Below, in pieces: positions 47,778 through 56,829 of a DNA stretch of 64,000 bases (positions are counted from its first letter, which is position 1; every line of letters starts with the position of its first letter). The notes under the pieces are model-generated. The model did not search any database. It saw nothing but the letters and a program-made list of their open reading frames with translations, and was not told the DNA's origin. The DNA comes from Endomicrobium sp. (GTDB taxonomy: Bacteria > Elusimicrobiota > Endomicrobiia > Endomicrobiales > Endomicrobiaceae): contig JAITTL010000027.1 of NCBI GenBank assembly GCA_031286985.1, positions 8,732 through 72,731 of the forward strand, read 5' to 3'. The position numbers and the translations under genes are program-made.

Positions 47778-49131
47778 TAATATACTAGATGTTGTTTCAA
47801 CTGTAGGGGTACCGGTTTTTGCGGGTATCTTTTTTGTTGGTTGGATTGTTAGTTTGTTTTACCATCCTGTTATCAATTTCCCTCTTATAGCAATTCCCAT
47901 AATTGTACTTTATTATTTTTCAAGTAATATTTATAGCGGCATTTTAACTGGTGTTACTGTTGTAACTGGTATAGTAGACGCTATATTTTTTATACAAAAA
48001 TCTGAAGTATCCCTCATATTACTTGAGTGTGTAGCTATAGTGTGTTTATATTTAATACTTGAGATGTATAAAAACAAATACGTTTCAACGAAAAACAGAT
48101 TTTTTGAAGAACATGATACGCTAAAATGGGAAATCACACTGAAAGAATCTGCGATACTGGAAAATACAAAGAGGATTGATAACTTACATCAACGAATCAA
48201 AAACCTAAAAAAAATGGGCGAAATTATTCAATCATTTCGAGGATCTCTTAATGAAGAAGAACTTATACATAAATCTGAAAATATTGCAGATGAATTCATG
48301 GGAAAAGGGTTTTGGAAGTTGAAGAAATATAAAAACGATGATGTTTTTGCTCTTTACATAAAAAACACTTCCTTATCATTGATGATTACAAATATAGCTG
48401 ACGATACCCGCTTCCCTTCTGAGAAAAATAATGACAAATCGTCAGTTATAGCAGTTCCGATTGAATTCAATAAGACTTTTTGGGGAATACTTCAAGGAAC
48501 TTCGTATATAAGAAACTTTTTTTCTGAAGAAGACCTAAGGCAATTATCACTGTTGGCTGGAATAATCAGTACAGCATTGAACAATTTTTACCTTTATGAA
48601 CAATTAGAAACCCTTTCAATTACCGATGGATTAACGGGCCTGTATACCAACATTTATTTTAAGGAAAGGCTTAAAGAGGAGCTAAATCGTTCACAGATCA
48701 ACAAATTACCTTTATCTTTATGTATACTGGATATAGATTTTTTTAAGGATATTAATGACATATATGGACATCAAATGGGCGATTCTGTTTTACGTCAAAT
48801 ATCATCTATTTTACGCTTAAAATTGAGAGAAACAGATTTCATTGCAAGATATGGAGGCGAAGAATTTGCCATTATAATGCTTTATACAAATTCAAGTGAA
48901 GCCATAAAAATTTTAGAAAAAATTAGATTGACAATAGAAAGAGAAAGTTTCTTTTTACCGTTAGGAGATTTATCTTCCAGTCAGATTAAAATAACGGCAA
49001 GCATCGGTTTCGTTTCGCTTAATAAAAAAAATTATATCTCTGAAGAAAAATTTATACAAAATGCTGATGAAGCCTTGTACAAAGCAAAACAATTGGGTAG
49101 GAATAGAGTGGAAGAATACTGCTATGAATAA
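47755..49131 (+). CDS. Membrane diguanylate cyclase (4 TM + coiled coil + GAF-like + GGDEF)
   Basis: GGDEF domain with DGLTGLYTN, I-site RETD, active site GGEEF, and YKAKQLGRNRV. The ORF track starts at TTG 47743. The first ATG at 47755 overlaps the upstream gene by 23 nt. Confidence 0.85.
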   Translation: MLKWKATNNILDVVSTVGVPVFAGIFFVGWIVSLFYHPVINFPLIAIPIIVLYYFSSNIYSGILTGVTVVTGIVDAIFFIQKSEVSLILLECVAIVCLYLILEMYKNKYVSTKNRFFEEHDTLKWEITLKESAILENTKRIDNLHQRIKNLKKMGEIIQSFRGSLNEEELIHKSENIADEFMGKGFWKLKKYKNDDVFALYIKNTSLSLMITNIADDTRFPSEKNNDKSSVIAVPIEFNKTFWGILQGTSYIRNFFSEEDLRQLSLLAGIISTALNNFYLYEQLETLSITDGLTGLYTNIYFKERLKEELNRSQINKLPLSLCILDIDFFKDINDIYGHQMGDSVLRQISSILRLKLRETDFIARYGGEEFAIIMLYTNSSEAIKILEKIRLTIERESFFLPLGDLSSSQIKITASIGFVSLNKKNYISEEKFIQNADEALYKAKQLGRNRVEEYCYE

Positions 49132-50470
49132 AAAAATATTGATTTTATTATGCATATTTTTAACCCTCATAGGATTATATTTTATAATGCCTTTACAAAA
49201 TCGAACCATTGTATGGGGATCCTTTGTTGCTCTTGCCGGATTTTATTATGCTCGTTGGGTTAGAATTGCAGTTTTTATTTTTTCAGCGGTCGCATGTTGC
49301 ATATCTTTTTCTTTTGCCAAAGAATATCCCTTTTCAACATTAAGTGCATGTGTAATTTTTATTTCATTAATTCCATTGCCATATTATTTTCATACGAAAT
49401 CTGAAAATTGTAAAAGGGAATTTTTTGCTAAAAACAAAACACTGAAAGTTCAGCACAATAATATTTTTCAAAAATACAAAAAATCTTTTGATGAAAGGCA
49501 AAAATATGAAAATACAATGGAAAGAGTAGTTCAGTTTTATGTTACCTGTAAAAAATTATCAGAATGTACTGTAAAAGAAGAGTATGTGAAAGCGATTTTA
49601 AAATTTATTGATGAAAAAGTTGAAGTTATTGGATATTGTATTTTTGAGAGGATTAAATTCGAGTGGAAATTACTTTCTTGTTCTGGAATTTTTCAAGATA
49701 ATAAAAATTTAATTTATTACACTAATTCATTGAAATTATTGAAGAATGATAAACAGTGCTGCGTTATAGATAATGAGGAATTTGATAATCATAATTTTAA
49801 AACTATTTATTGGCCCTTAAAAATAGAAGAGGAATTTTTAGGATGTATTATAATAATGACAGAATTGGATGATGCTGATAGATATGTTGATGATGGAGGA
49901 ATTTTTGCTCCACAAATTGCTTTAGGGTTTAAAAAAATCAGTCTTTTGGATGAGATAGGCTACAAGTCAAGAAATGACGAACTTACAGGATTATACCTTA
50001 AACGTTATTTTTTACAAAGATTAAATTCTCAAATGCGTAGAGAAAAACGGTATGGTGACAGTTTTTATGTTTTAATGCTAGATTTGGATTATTTTAAAAA
50101 AATAAATGATAAATATGGACATTTGACAGGTGATAAAGTACTTGCAATTGTCGCTAGGGCCATTTCTTCTGCTGTAAGGCCAGGTGATTTAGTTAGTAGA
50201 TATGGAGGCGAAGAATTTCTAATATTGATAACCACCAATAATAAAATGGAAGTAAAGGCTGTTGCAACGAAGATAAAGGATTCTATAAAAAATATTATAT
50301 TTGAAGAAAATGGAGAACAATTCCATATTGCTGTAAGTATTGGTGTAAGTTGTAGTTCAAAAAATGCTCAAGATCAAAATTTTATAATTAATGCTGCTGA
50401 TAAGGCTTTATACAGAGCAAAAAATTATGGTAGAGATCAAATCGTATTTTATGACGATATTGTTTTTTGA
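49124..50470 (+). CDS. Membrane diguanylate cyclase, second paralogue (4 TM + GAF-like + GGDEF)
   Basis: DELTGLYLKR, I-site RPGD, GGEEF, YRAKNYGRDQ. The probable start is ATG 49124 (MNKKILILL...), which overlaps the upstream stop in ATGAATAA. The ORF track extends to 49061. Confidence 0.85.
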   Translation: MNKKILILLCIFLTLIGLYFIMPLQNRTIVWGSFVALAGFYYARWVRIAVFIFSAVACCISFSFAKEYPFSTLSACVIFISLIPLPYYFHTKSENCKREFFAKNKTLKVQHNNIFQKYKKSFDERQKYENTMERVVQFYVTCKKLSECTVKEEYVKAILKFIDEKVEVIGYCIFERIKFEWKLLSCSGIFQDNKNLIYYTNSLKLLKNDKQCCVIDNEEFDNHNFKTIYWPLKIEEEFLGCIIIMTELDDADRYVDDGGIFAPQIALGFKKISLLDEIGYKSRNDELTGLYLKRYFLQRLNSQMRREKRYGDSFYVLMLDLDYFKKINDKYGHLTGDKVLAIVARAISSAVRPGDLVSRYGGEEFLILITTNNKMEVKAVATKIKDSIKNIIFEENGEQFHIAVSIGVSCSSKNAQDQNFIINAADKALYRAKNYGRDQIVFYDDIVF

Positions 50471-50601
50471 TGTATTGTTCTTAAGCTAACGTGTAGAGCC
50501 CCATGGGTACTCAAATCAAAACTGAAAAGTTATAGGATTAGAAGATGGATGGCTCCATAATTATCTCTGATAAAAATACATAAATATAAAAAGCAAAATG
50601 C

Positions 50602-52713
50602 TTATTGCTGTAAAGCAGAAAAATCTATAAATCCTTCAAATATACTTTTTACATAACATAAAAGAGCAATTCTGTTTAATTTTACATCTTTGTCTTCTGC
50701 CATGACCATAACTTCTTCAAAGAAACTATCAACCACAAGTTTCATTTCTAATACTTTCCCAAACACTTTTTCATATTCATTTTTTGCCATGTGATTTGCA
50801 ACCGCTATTTTAACCTCTTTTGAGACATCAAAAAGATTTTTTTCAGTTTCTTCTTTAAGTAAATTTTCGTTTATCTGTAAAATATTAATATTTTGTTTTT
50901 TTGCCTGACTTATAATATTATTTACCCTCTTAAACATAGATATTATGGATGCAAAATTGTCGTTCCTTTTTGCCTTTTGCAATGCATCAAGTTTCGGTTG
51001 TAAAGAACCTATAGCTTTCAACTCATTAATTTTTGTTTCATTTACCACAGATTTAATATCGTTGGAACTATATCCTTGAAACTCAAGAACACCTTCCACT
51101 CTTTTCCACAAAAAATCAATAAGTCTTTCGTAAGCATTTTTTGCTTTAGGATGTTTTTTCACAATTTCAGGTAAAAACTCAAAAACTTCCGCAATAGTAT
51201 CCGTAAAATCTTCGTTTGGAAGATTTTTCATCACAATTCTTATAAACCCCATACCTAATCTTTTTAATCCATATGGATCAGCCGAACTCGATGGCTCAAG
51301 ACCTATCGAAAAATTTACGGCCAAGGTATCTATTTTATCGGCCAATGATATTACCGTTGCTATTTTATTGGATGGGAGTTTTTCCGAGGTGCTTAGAGGC
51401 CAGTAATGTTGCTCTATAGATTCGGCGACATCACAATTTTCACTTAATTTTAAAGCATAAATTCTGCCCATTATACCTTGAAGCTCAGAATATTCAAAAA
51501 CCATTTCACTTACCAAGTCAGTTTTTGAAAGCATTATCGCTCTTTCAAGGAGTACGTCGTTAATTTGCATATTAAATTTTCTGTTGAAAATATCTGATAT
51601 CTTTTTGATGCGCTCAATTTTATCATAAACTGTCCCAATTTCTTTATTAAAAGTAACGCCCTTTAACTTTTCCACATTATTGTTGAGCCCATTCTTTAAA
51701 TCGTTGAGATAAAAAAATTCAGCATCGGCAAGCCTTGCTGCAACAACTTTTTCATATCCGGTTTTTACAATTTCTTGATACATAGAAATACCATTTTTGA
51801 TACCTACGAAACAATTTAAAATTTTTCCACTTTTATCAGTTACAGCAAAACATTTTTGACTTTTTTTCATGCATACTGTTAGAACCTCTGCTGGCAAATC
51901 AAGATATTTTTCATCGAACGCGCAAAGAACAGCCGAAGGGTATTCTACAAGGTAATTTACTTCATCGATAAGATCGTCGTCCAACACCACATTTCCAACA
52001 TTTTTTAAGACGTGTCCTATGGATTTCCTTATTTGTTCTTTTCTTTCATTTTGGTTGACGATCACGGATTTGTTTTTCATTTTCGTTATGTAATTTTCAG
52101 GTAGATCTATTCTTATTTTGGTATTATCACAAGCATGAAGCCCTGTAGTCCAGTTTGATGAATTAACATCTGCAATCTTGAATTTGACAATTTTTTTACC
52201 ATAAAGCGCAATTACACTCCTTATAGGTCTTGCAAATTCAAATCCAGTTGTTTCCCAATGCATTACTTTAGGAAAAGATATATTTTTAATTATTTCAGGA
52301 AAAATCATGGCCAAGAGTTTTTCCGTCTTTTCACCAATTGTTTTTTTGACAAGAGAAAGATATTCTCCTTTTTCAGTTACTTTTTCTGTAAGCTTCTCAG
52401 GAGTTGTGCCGTTTTTTGCCGCAAACCCTATAGCTGCAGGTGTATATTTTCCATACACATCCTTTGCGGCTTTTAATGATGGCCCTAAGATTTCTTCTAA
52501 TATATCTTCACTTCTTCCGCTGAGATTTTCAACTATTAGGACAAGTCTTCTTGGGGTAGCATATGTTTTCAGCGAGGTGTACTTTAGTCTTGAAGCATTA
52601 AAAAATTTTGAAGCAATTTGCTCAATCTGTTTTAATGCAGGTTCAATATATGAAAATGGAATCTCTTCTGTACGCACCTCAAGCAAAGCATTTTTTACGT
52701 TTTCATACATCAT
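50602..52713 (-). CDS. glyS: Glycine--tRNA ligase beta subunit
   Basis: About 703 aa, collinear with GlyS (LLEVRTEEIP..., TPRRLVL...). A GAGAGGG Shine-Dalgarno lies 6 nt before the ATG at 52713. The ORF track starts at 52731. Confidence 0.9.
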   Translation of the reverse strand: MMYENVKNALLEVRTEEIPFSYIEPALKQIEQIASKFFNASRLKYTSLKTYATPRRLVLIVENLSGRSEDILEEILGPSLKAAKDVYGKYTPAAIGFAAKNGTTPEKLTEKVTEKGEYLSLVKKTIGEKTEKLLAMIFPEIIKNISFPKVMHWETTGFEFARPIRSVIALYGKKIVKFKIADVNSSNWTTGLHACDNTKIRIDLPENYITKMKNKSVIVNQNERKEQIRKSIGHVLKNVGNVVLDDDLIDEVNYLVEYPSAVLCAFDEKYLDLPAEVLTVCMKKSQKCFAVTDKSGKILNCFVGIKNGISMYQEIVKTGYEKVVAARLADAEFFYLNDLKNGLNNNVEKLKGVTFNKEIGTVYDKIERIKKISDIFNRKFNMQINDVLLERAIMLSKTDLVSEMVFEYSELQGIMGRIYALKLSENCDVAESIEQHYWPLSTSEKLPSNKIATVISLADKIDTLAVNFSIGLEPSSSADPYGLKRLGMGFIRIVMKNLPNEDFTDTIAEVFEFLPEIVKKHPKAKNAYERLIDFLWKRVEGVLEFQGYSSNDIKSVVNETKINELKAIGSLQPKLDALQKAKRNDNFASIISMFKRVNNIISQAKKQNINILQINENLLKEETEKNLFDVSKEVKIAVANHMAKNEYEKVFGKVLEMKLVVDSFFEEVMVMAEDKDVKLNRIALLCYVKSIFEGFIDFSALQQ

Positions 52714-52892
52714 TTTGTACCCTCTCACCATGAAGCAAACTCATTTAGTTGCTACATTTTCTAAAATGACGCAACAGCTGAACAAATGATTTTCATTTTA
52801 ATAAATTAAAACCTCTCAACTAAACTCACTTTTATGCACGCTTTGCCTGATAACAAAATTCATATTTATTGTTCATAAATCAAAAACAATGG

Positions 52893-53735
52893 TTACATAA
52901 TGCTTTTCAAATATTCATCTGCAACAATTTTAGAAATTGTACGTACTCTTAAAATATAGCCAACCCTTTCAGAAACAGAAATAGCCCCTCTAGCATCGAG
53001 CAAGTTGAACAAGTGAGAACATTTCACAACGGCATCGTAAGCAGGAAGTGGAAGATTTGATGATACAAGTTTTTTTACCTCATCTTCCCAATCAGCAAAA
53101 TGTTGCTTTAACATAGCCACATCGGATTTCTCAAAATTATAAAAAGACCACTGTTTTTCGCCAGCAAGATGTATATCTCCATAAGTTAAGTCATCGTTCC
53201 ATTGTAAATCATAAACACTGTTTTTTTCCTGAACATACATTGCAATTCTTTCAATCCCATATGTAATTTCAACAGAAATTGGGTTTAAAGAAATTCCTCC
53301 AACTTGTTGAAAATATGTAAACTGCGTTGCCTCCATGCCATCAATCCATACTTCCCAACCAAGTCCCCACGCTCCAAGAGTCGGAGATTCCCAGTCGTCT
53401 TCAATAAATCTTATATCATGTTTTTTAGGATCAAGGGATATTGCTTTTAAACTTTTCAAATAAATTTGTTGTATATTCTTTGGTGCAGGCTTCATAATAA
53501 CTTGAAATTGGTAATAATGTTGCAATCTGTTTGGATTTGCTCCATATCTCCCATCTGTAGGTCTTCTGGAAGGTTCAACGTAGGCCACATTCCATGACTT
53601 CGTACCCAAAGAATGTAAAAACGTGGCAGGATTAAATGTTCCTGCACCTTTTTCTAAATCATAAGGTTGCCACATAAGACACCCTTGTTTTGTCCAAAAT
53701 TTTTGTAAATTCATGATGATTTCTTGAAAATTCAT
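52893..53735 (-). CDS. glyQ: Glycine--tRNA ligase alpha subunit
   Basis: [19 protein letters not shown]... parallels E. coli GlyQ (TFQGLILTLQDYWARQGC). A GGAG Shine-Dalgarno lies 7 nt upstream of the ATG at 53735. The ORF track starts at TTG 53753. Confidence 0.95.
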   Translation of the reverse strand: MNFQEIIMNLQKFWTKQGCLMWQPYDLEKGAGTFNPATFLHSLGTKSWNVAYVEPSRRPTDGRYGANPNRLQHYYQFQVIMKPAPKNIQQIYLKSLKAISLDPKKHDIRFIEDDWESPTLGAWGLGWEVWIDGMEATQFTYFQQVGGISLNPISVEITYGIERIAMYVQEKNSVYDLQWNDDLTYGDIHLAGEKQWSFYNFEKSDVAMLKQHFADWEDEVKKLVSSNLPLPAYDAVVKCSHLFNLLDARGAISVSERVGYILRVRTISKIVADEYLKSIM

Positions 53736-53833
53736 ACAAATCTCCGGGATCAATACGTAACTTCAAAACGTGGCACCATTTTATCAAAAAAAGCATATTG
53801 ACACAATGTCGATTTTTTAGTTGAATACCGGTC

Positions 53834-54325
53834 ATGTATAGCGAAAAAACCACTGATCGCCCATCATGGGATGAATATTTTATCAAACTTGCTTGGCTAG
53901 TAGCAGAAAGATCAACGTGTGTGCGTCATCACGTTGGAGCTGTTATCGCAAAAGATAAAAGGATTCTAACAACTGGGTACAATGGGGCAGCTTCAGGTGT
54001 CAAAGATTGTTTATGCTTAGGTTGTTTAAGAAATGCTCTCAACATCCCTTCAGGGCAAAGGCACGAAATATGCAGAGCCATCCATGCTGAGCAAAATGCA
54101 ATTATACAAGGTGGATACCATGGTATCAACATTAGTGGTTCTGTTCTCTATTGTACGCATTCGCCATGCATATTATGTGCAAAAATGATAGTTAATGCTG
54201 GCATAAAAAGGATCGTTATGAGTACTGCGTACCCAGATACTTCCTTTGAAGAGCTCTTTTTAGAAGCAGGTGTGGAGTTTTTCACATTACAACCAAACAA
54301 TTTCTCTATAACTCATGTTCCATAA
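53834..54325 (+). CDS. Deoxycytidylate (dCMP) deaminase, ComEB-type
   Basis: 163 aa. Zinc motifs HAEQNAI and PCILCAKMI. WDEYF...LAWLVAERSTC N-terminus typical of dCMP deaminases. Confidence 0.9.
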   Translation: MYSEKTTDRPSWDEYFIKLAWLVAERSTCVRHHVGAVIAKDKRILTTGYNGAASGVKDCLCLGCLRNALNIPSGQRHEICRAIHAEQNAIIQGGYHGINISGSVLYCTHSPCILCAKMIVNAGIKRIVMSTAYPDTSFEELFLEAGVEFFTLQPNNFSITHVP

Positions 54326-54907
54326 CAAAGTTTAAACATATTTTAAAAACTCAAACATGCCAACGCAGAGTTAAGAAAGTGAAAGATGTGGTAACCCAAT
54401 CAAATGAAATTTTTTAGTATAATGCTGCCGACTCTAATACCAAAATGCCTGGTGTGTGTGTTTCATCGTTTATGTTGTAGCTAAATTGTTTCTAATCACA
54501 CTGTAATTTTTAATTTGGTTTTGCGCAGTTATTGCTTGAGTATTTGATAATTAATAAAAACGCATTTATAAGCATACGCACTAAAAAGCATCCCTCTATA
54601 AAAAACACTATGTATTTAACCATTCGGCTAATACCACTCTTTTCATCGGCTTTTCAAACATGAATTCTGAACTGCTTGAAATCTTGAAAGCATTTGAACA
54701 CTTTCGCCTAAAACAATCAAAAGCGATGAATGCGTTTCACTTCAATTTTGCACTTTTGATGTCGATCTTTCTCAAAGATTCTTAAATACCTGAAAATGGG
54801 ATTTTAATAACAATTGTGTACCTTTCTTTACTGTATTTTACCACCCATACTTAACACTCTTAATTATCCAAGTATTAATTATTTAACATTTTCACTTAAA
54901 ATTTTAA

Positions 54908-56797
54908 TCATCTTACACTTTCAACCCAATCTTTGTCGCTACTTTCTGTTGCCATTCTCCAATCACTACGTGGAGAAAGTGATATCGTTCCGATTTTTAC
55001 TCCATCCGGCATACAGTTACGTTTAAACTGGCTTTTAAAAAATCGTTTTATGAATATTTTCAGATACTTTTTTAGCTCCGCCATACTGTACTTCCCTTTG
55101 AAAGCTTTTGTAGCAAGCATGAGTATTTTATCAGGTTTTTGTCCAAAACGAATCGTGTAATATAAAAAAAAATCATGAAGTTCGTAAGGGCCTATTATGT
55201 TCTCAGTTCTTTGAGAAATTTTACCGTTCTTAGGAGGAAGAAGTTCAGGTGTTATTTCAGTATTTAGAACACTCATTAAAGCGTTTTTACAGTTTTTAAG
55301 TCTTTCTGATTCATAACTCACGAGATACTTTACAAGAGTTTTAGGCACCGATGAATTTACAGCATACATAGACATATGGTCCCCATTATAAGTACACCAG
55401 CCAAGCGCACTTTCAGACATATCACCAGTACCTACAACTAAACCATCTCTGGCATTTGCTATATCCATCAAAATTTGAGTACGTTCACGTGATTGCGCAT
55501 TTTCATAGGTAACATCCATTGCATCATCGTTTTTAATATCATTCAAGTGTCTTTTAACTGCATCAGTTATAGGAATTTTTTTAATTTGTATTCCTAAAGA
55601 TTCTGAAAATTTTAAAACGTTTGCTATAGTTTTTCTACTTGTTCCGGGCCCAGGCATTGTAACAGCTATTATCTTTTTTTTGTTTCTTCCCAAAAGCTCA
55701 TAACTTCGCACTATGACCAAAAGAGCTAAAGTTGAATCAAGCCCACCTGAAATACCTATTACGGCATCAAGCTTTGTAAGTTTTAATCTTTCTGCAAGAG
55801 CTCTTGATTGTATTTGTAGTACAAGTTCTGCTCTGGCATGGGCTGTGTTTGTGTTGTCTGGTACAAATGGTAATGGTGAAATGTAGCGCGTTAAATTCAT
55901 ACTAGTTGTGTTAAAATCAAACTCTACTGTACGATATCCACTTGAGTTTGTTGTAAAAACATTAAGTCTACGACGTTCATAAGCGAGTCTTTGTGCGTCT
56001 ATTTCACATATAGTCAACCCTCTCTCAAAAAGCCCACTTTCTGCAATGATTTTTCCGTTTTCAGCTATAATACGTTGCCCTGAAAAAATCATATCACTTA
56101 CAGATTCCCCCGGGCCAGATGAAGCGTAAACGTACCCTGCTGATAAACGTCCACTTTGAGATTTTATAAGAATTTTTCTGTAGTCACTTTTGCCAACAAG
56201 TTCATTAGATGCTGAAAGATTTACTATGATCAAAGCCCCAGCCTGGGCATGCCGATTAGATTGAGGCGAAACGACAAACATGTCTTCACATATTTCAGCA
56301 GCTATTTTTATGCTATTGTCACTTTTTGCCATGAAAATTATATCTGTACCAAAAGGCACTGTTTGTCCACACAAATTGATCGAACCAAAAATGTGTTTGC
56401 CTGAAGCGAAATAACGGAGTTCATAAAACTCAGAGTATGTTGGTAATTCCGTTTTAGGGACAACTCCAAGAATTTTTCCATTTTGAATAGCAATAGCACA
56501 AGAATAAAGTTTACACTCATACCATACCGGTGAACCCAAAAAAATTAAACACTTTTTGCCAACTGTAGATTTACAAATTGCACTAAGAGCATTATTGGCG
56601 GATTGTATAAGAACATCTGACAAGAACAATTCACCACAAGTATATCCAGTTACACAAAGTTCTGGAAAAACCAGAAGTTCGACACCACAAGTATCAGCTT
56701 GCTTTATTAATTTTATTATCTCCAGAGAATTTGCTGAAGAGTTGGCAATCGTAATATTTGACGTCACGGCTGCTGTTTTGATAAATCCATACTTCAT
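54908..56797 (-). CDS. nadE: Glutamine-dependent NAD+ synthetase
   Basis: 629 aa. N-terminal nitrilase/CN-hydrolase domain (FPELCVTGY, AAEICEDMF) plus a C-terminal synthetase domain with PP-loop ISGGLDS. Confidence 0.9.
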   Translation of the reverse strand: MKYGFIKTAAVTSNITIANSSANSLEIIKLIKQADTCGVELLVFPELCVTGYTCGELFLSDVLIQSANNALSAICKSTVGKKCLIFLGSPVWYECKLYSCAIAIQNGKILGVVPKTELPTYSEFYELRYFASGKHIFGSINLCGQTVPFGTDIIFMAKSDNSIKIAAEICEDMFVVSPQSNRHAQAGALIIVNLSASNELVGKSDYRKILIKSQSGRLSAGYVYASSGPGESVSDMIFSGQRIIAENGKIIAESGLFERGLTICEIDAQRLAYERRRLNVFTTNSSGYRTVEFDFNTTSMNLTRYISPLPFVPDNTNTAHARAELVLQIQSRALAERLKLTKLDAVIGISGGLDSTLALLVIVRSYELLGRNKKKIIAVTMPGPGTSRKTIANVLKFSESLGIQIKKIPITDAVKRHLNDIKNDDAMDVTYENAQSRERTQILMDIANARDGLVVGTGDMSESALGWCTYNGDHMSMYAVNSSVPKTLVKYLVSYESERLKNCKNALMSVLNTEITPELLPPKNGKISQRTENIIGPYELHDFFLYYTIRFGQKPDKILMLATKAFKGKYSMAELKKYLKIFIKRFFKSQFKRNCMPDGVKIGTISLSPRSDWRMATESSDKDWVESVR

Positions 56798-56829
56798 TGC
56801 CAGTACCTCATATGTATTTGCAGTACTTA

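Noticed and set aside
53659-53886. A 75-aa minus-strand ORF spanning the glyQ / dCMP-deaminase divergent promoter region.
   Set aside because: It overlaps the 5' ends of both well-supported genes and has no motif or ribosome-binding site. It is probably spurious.
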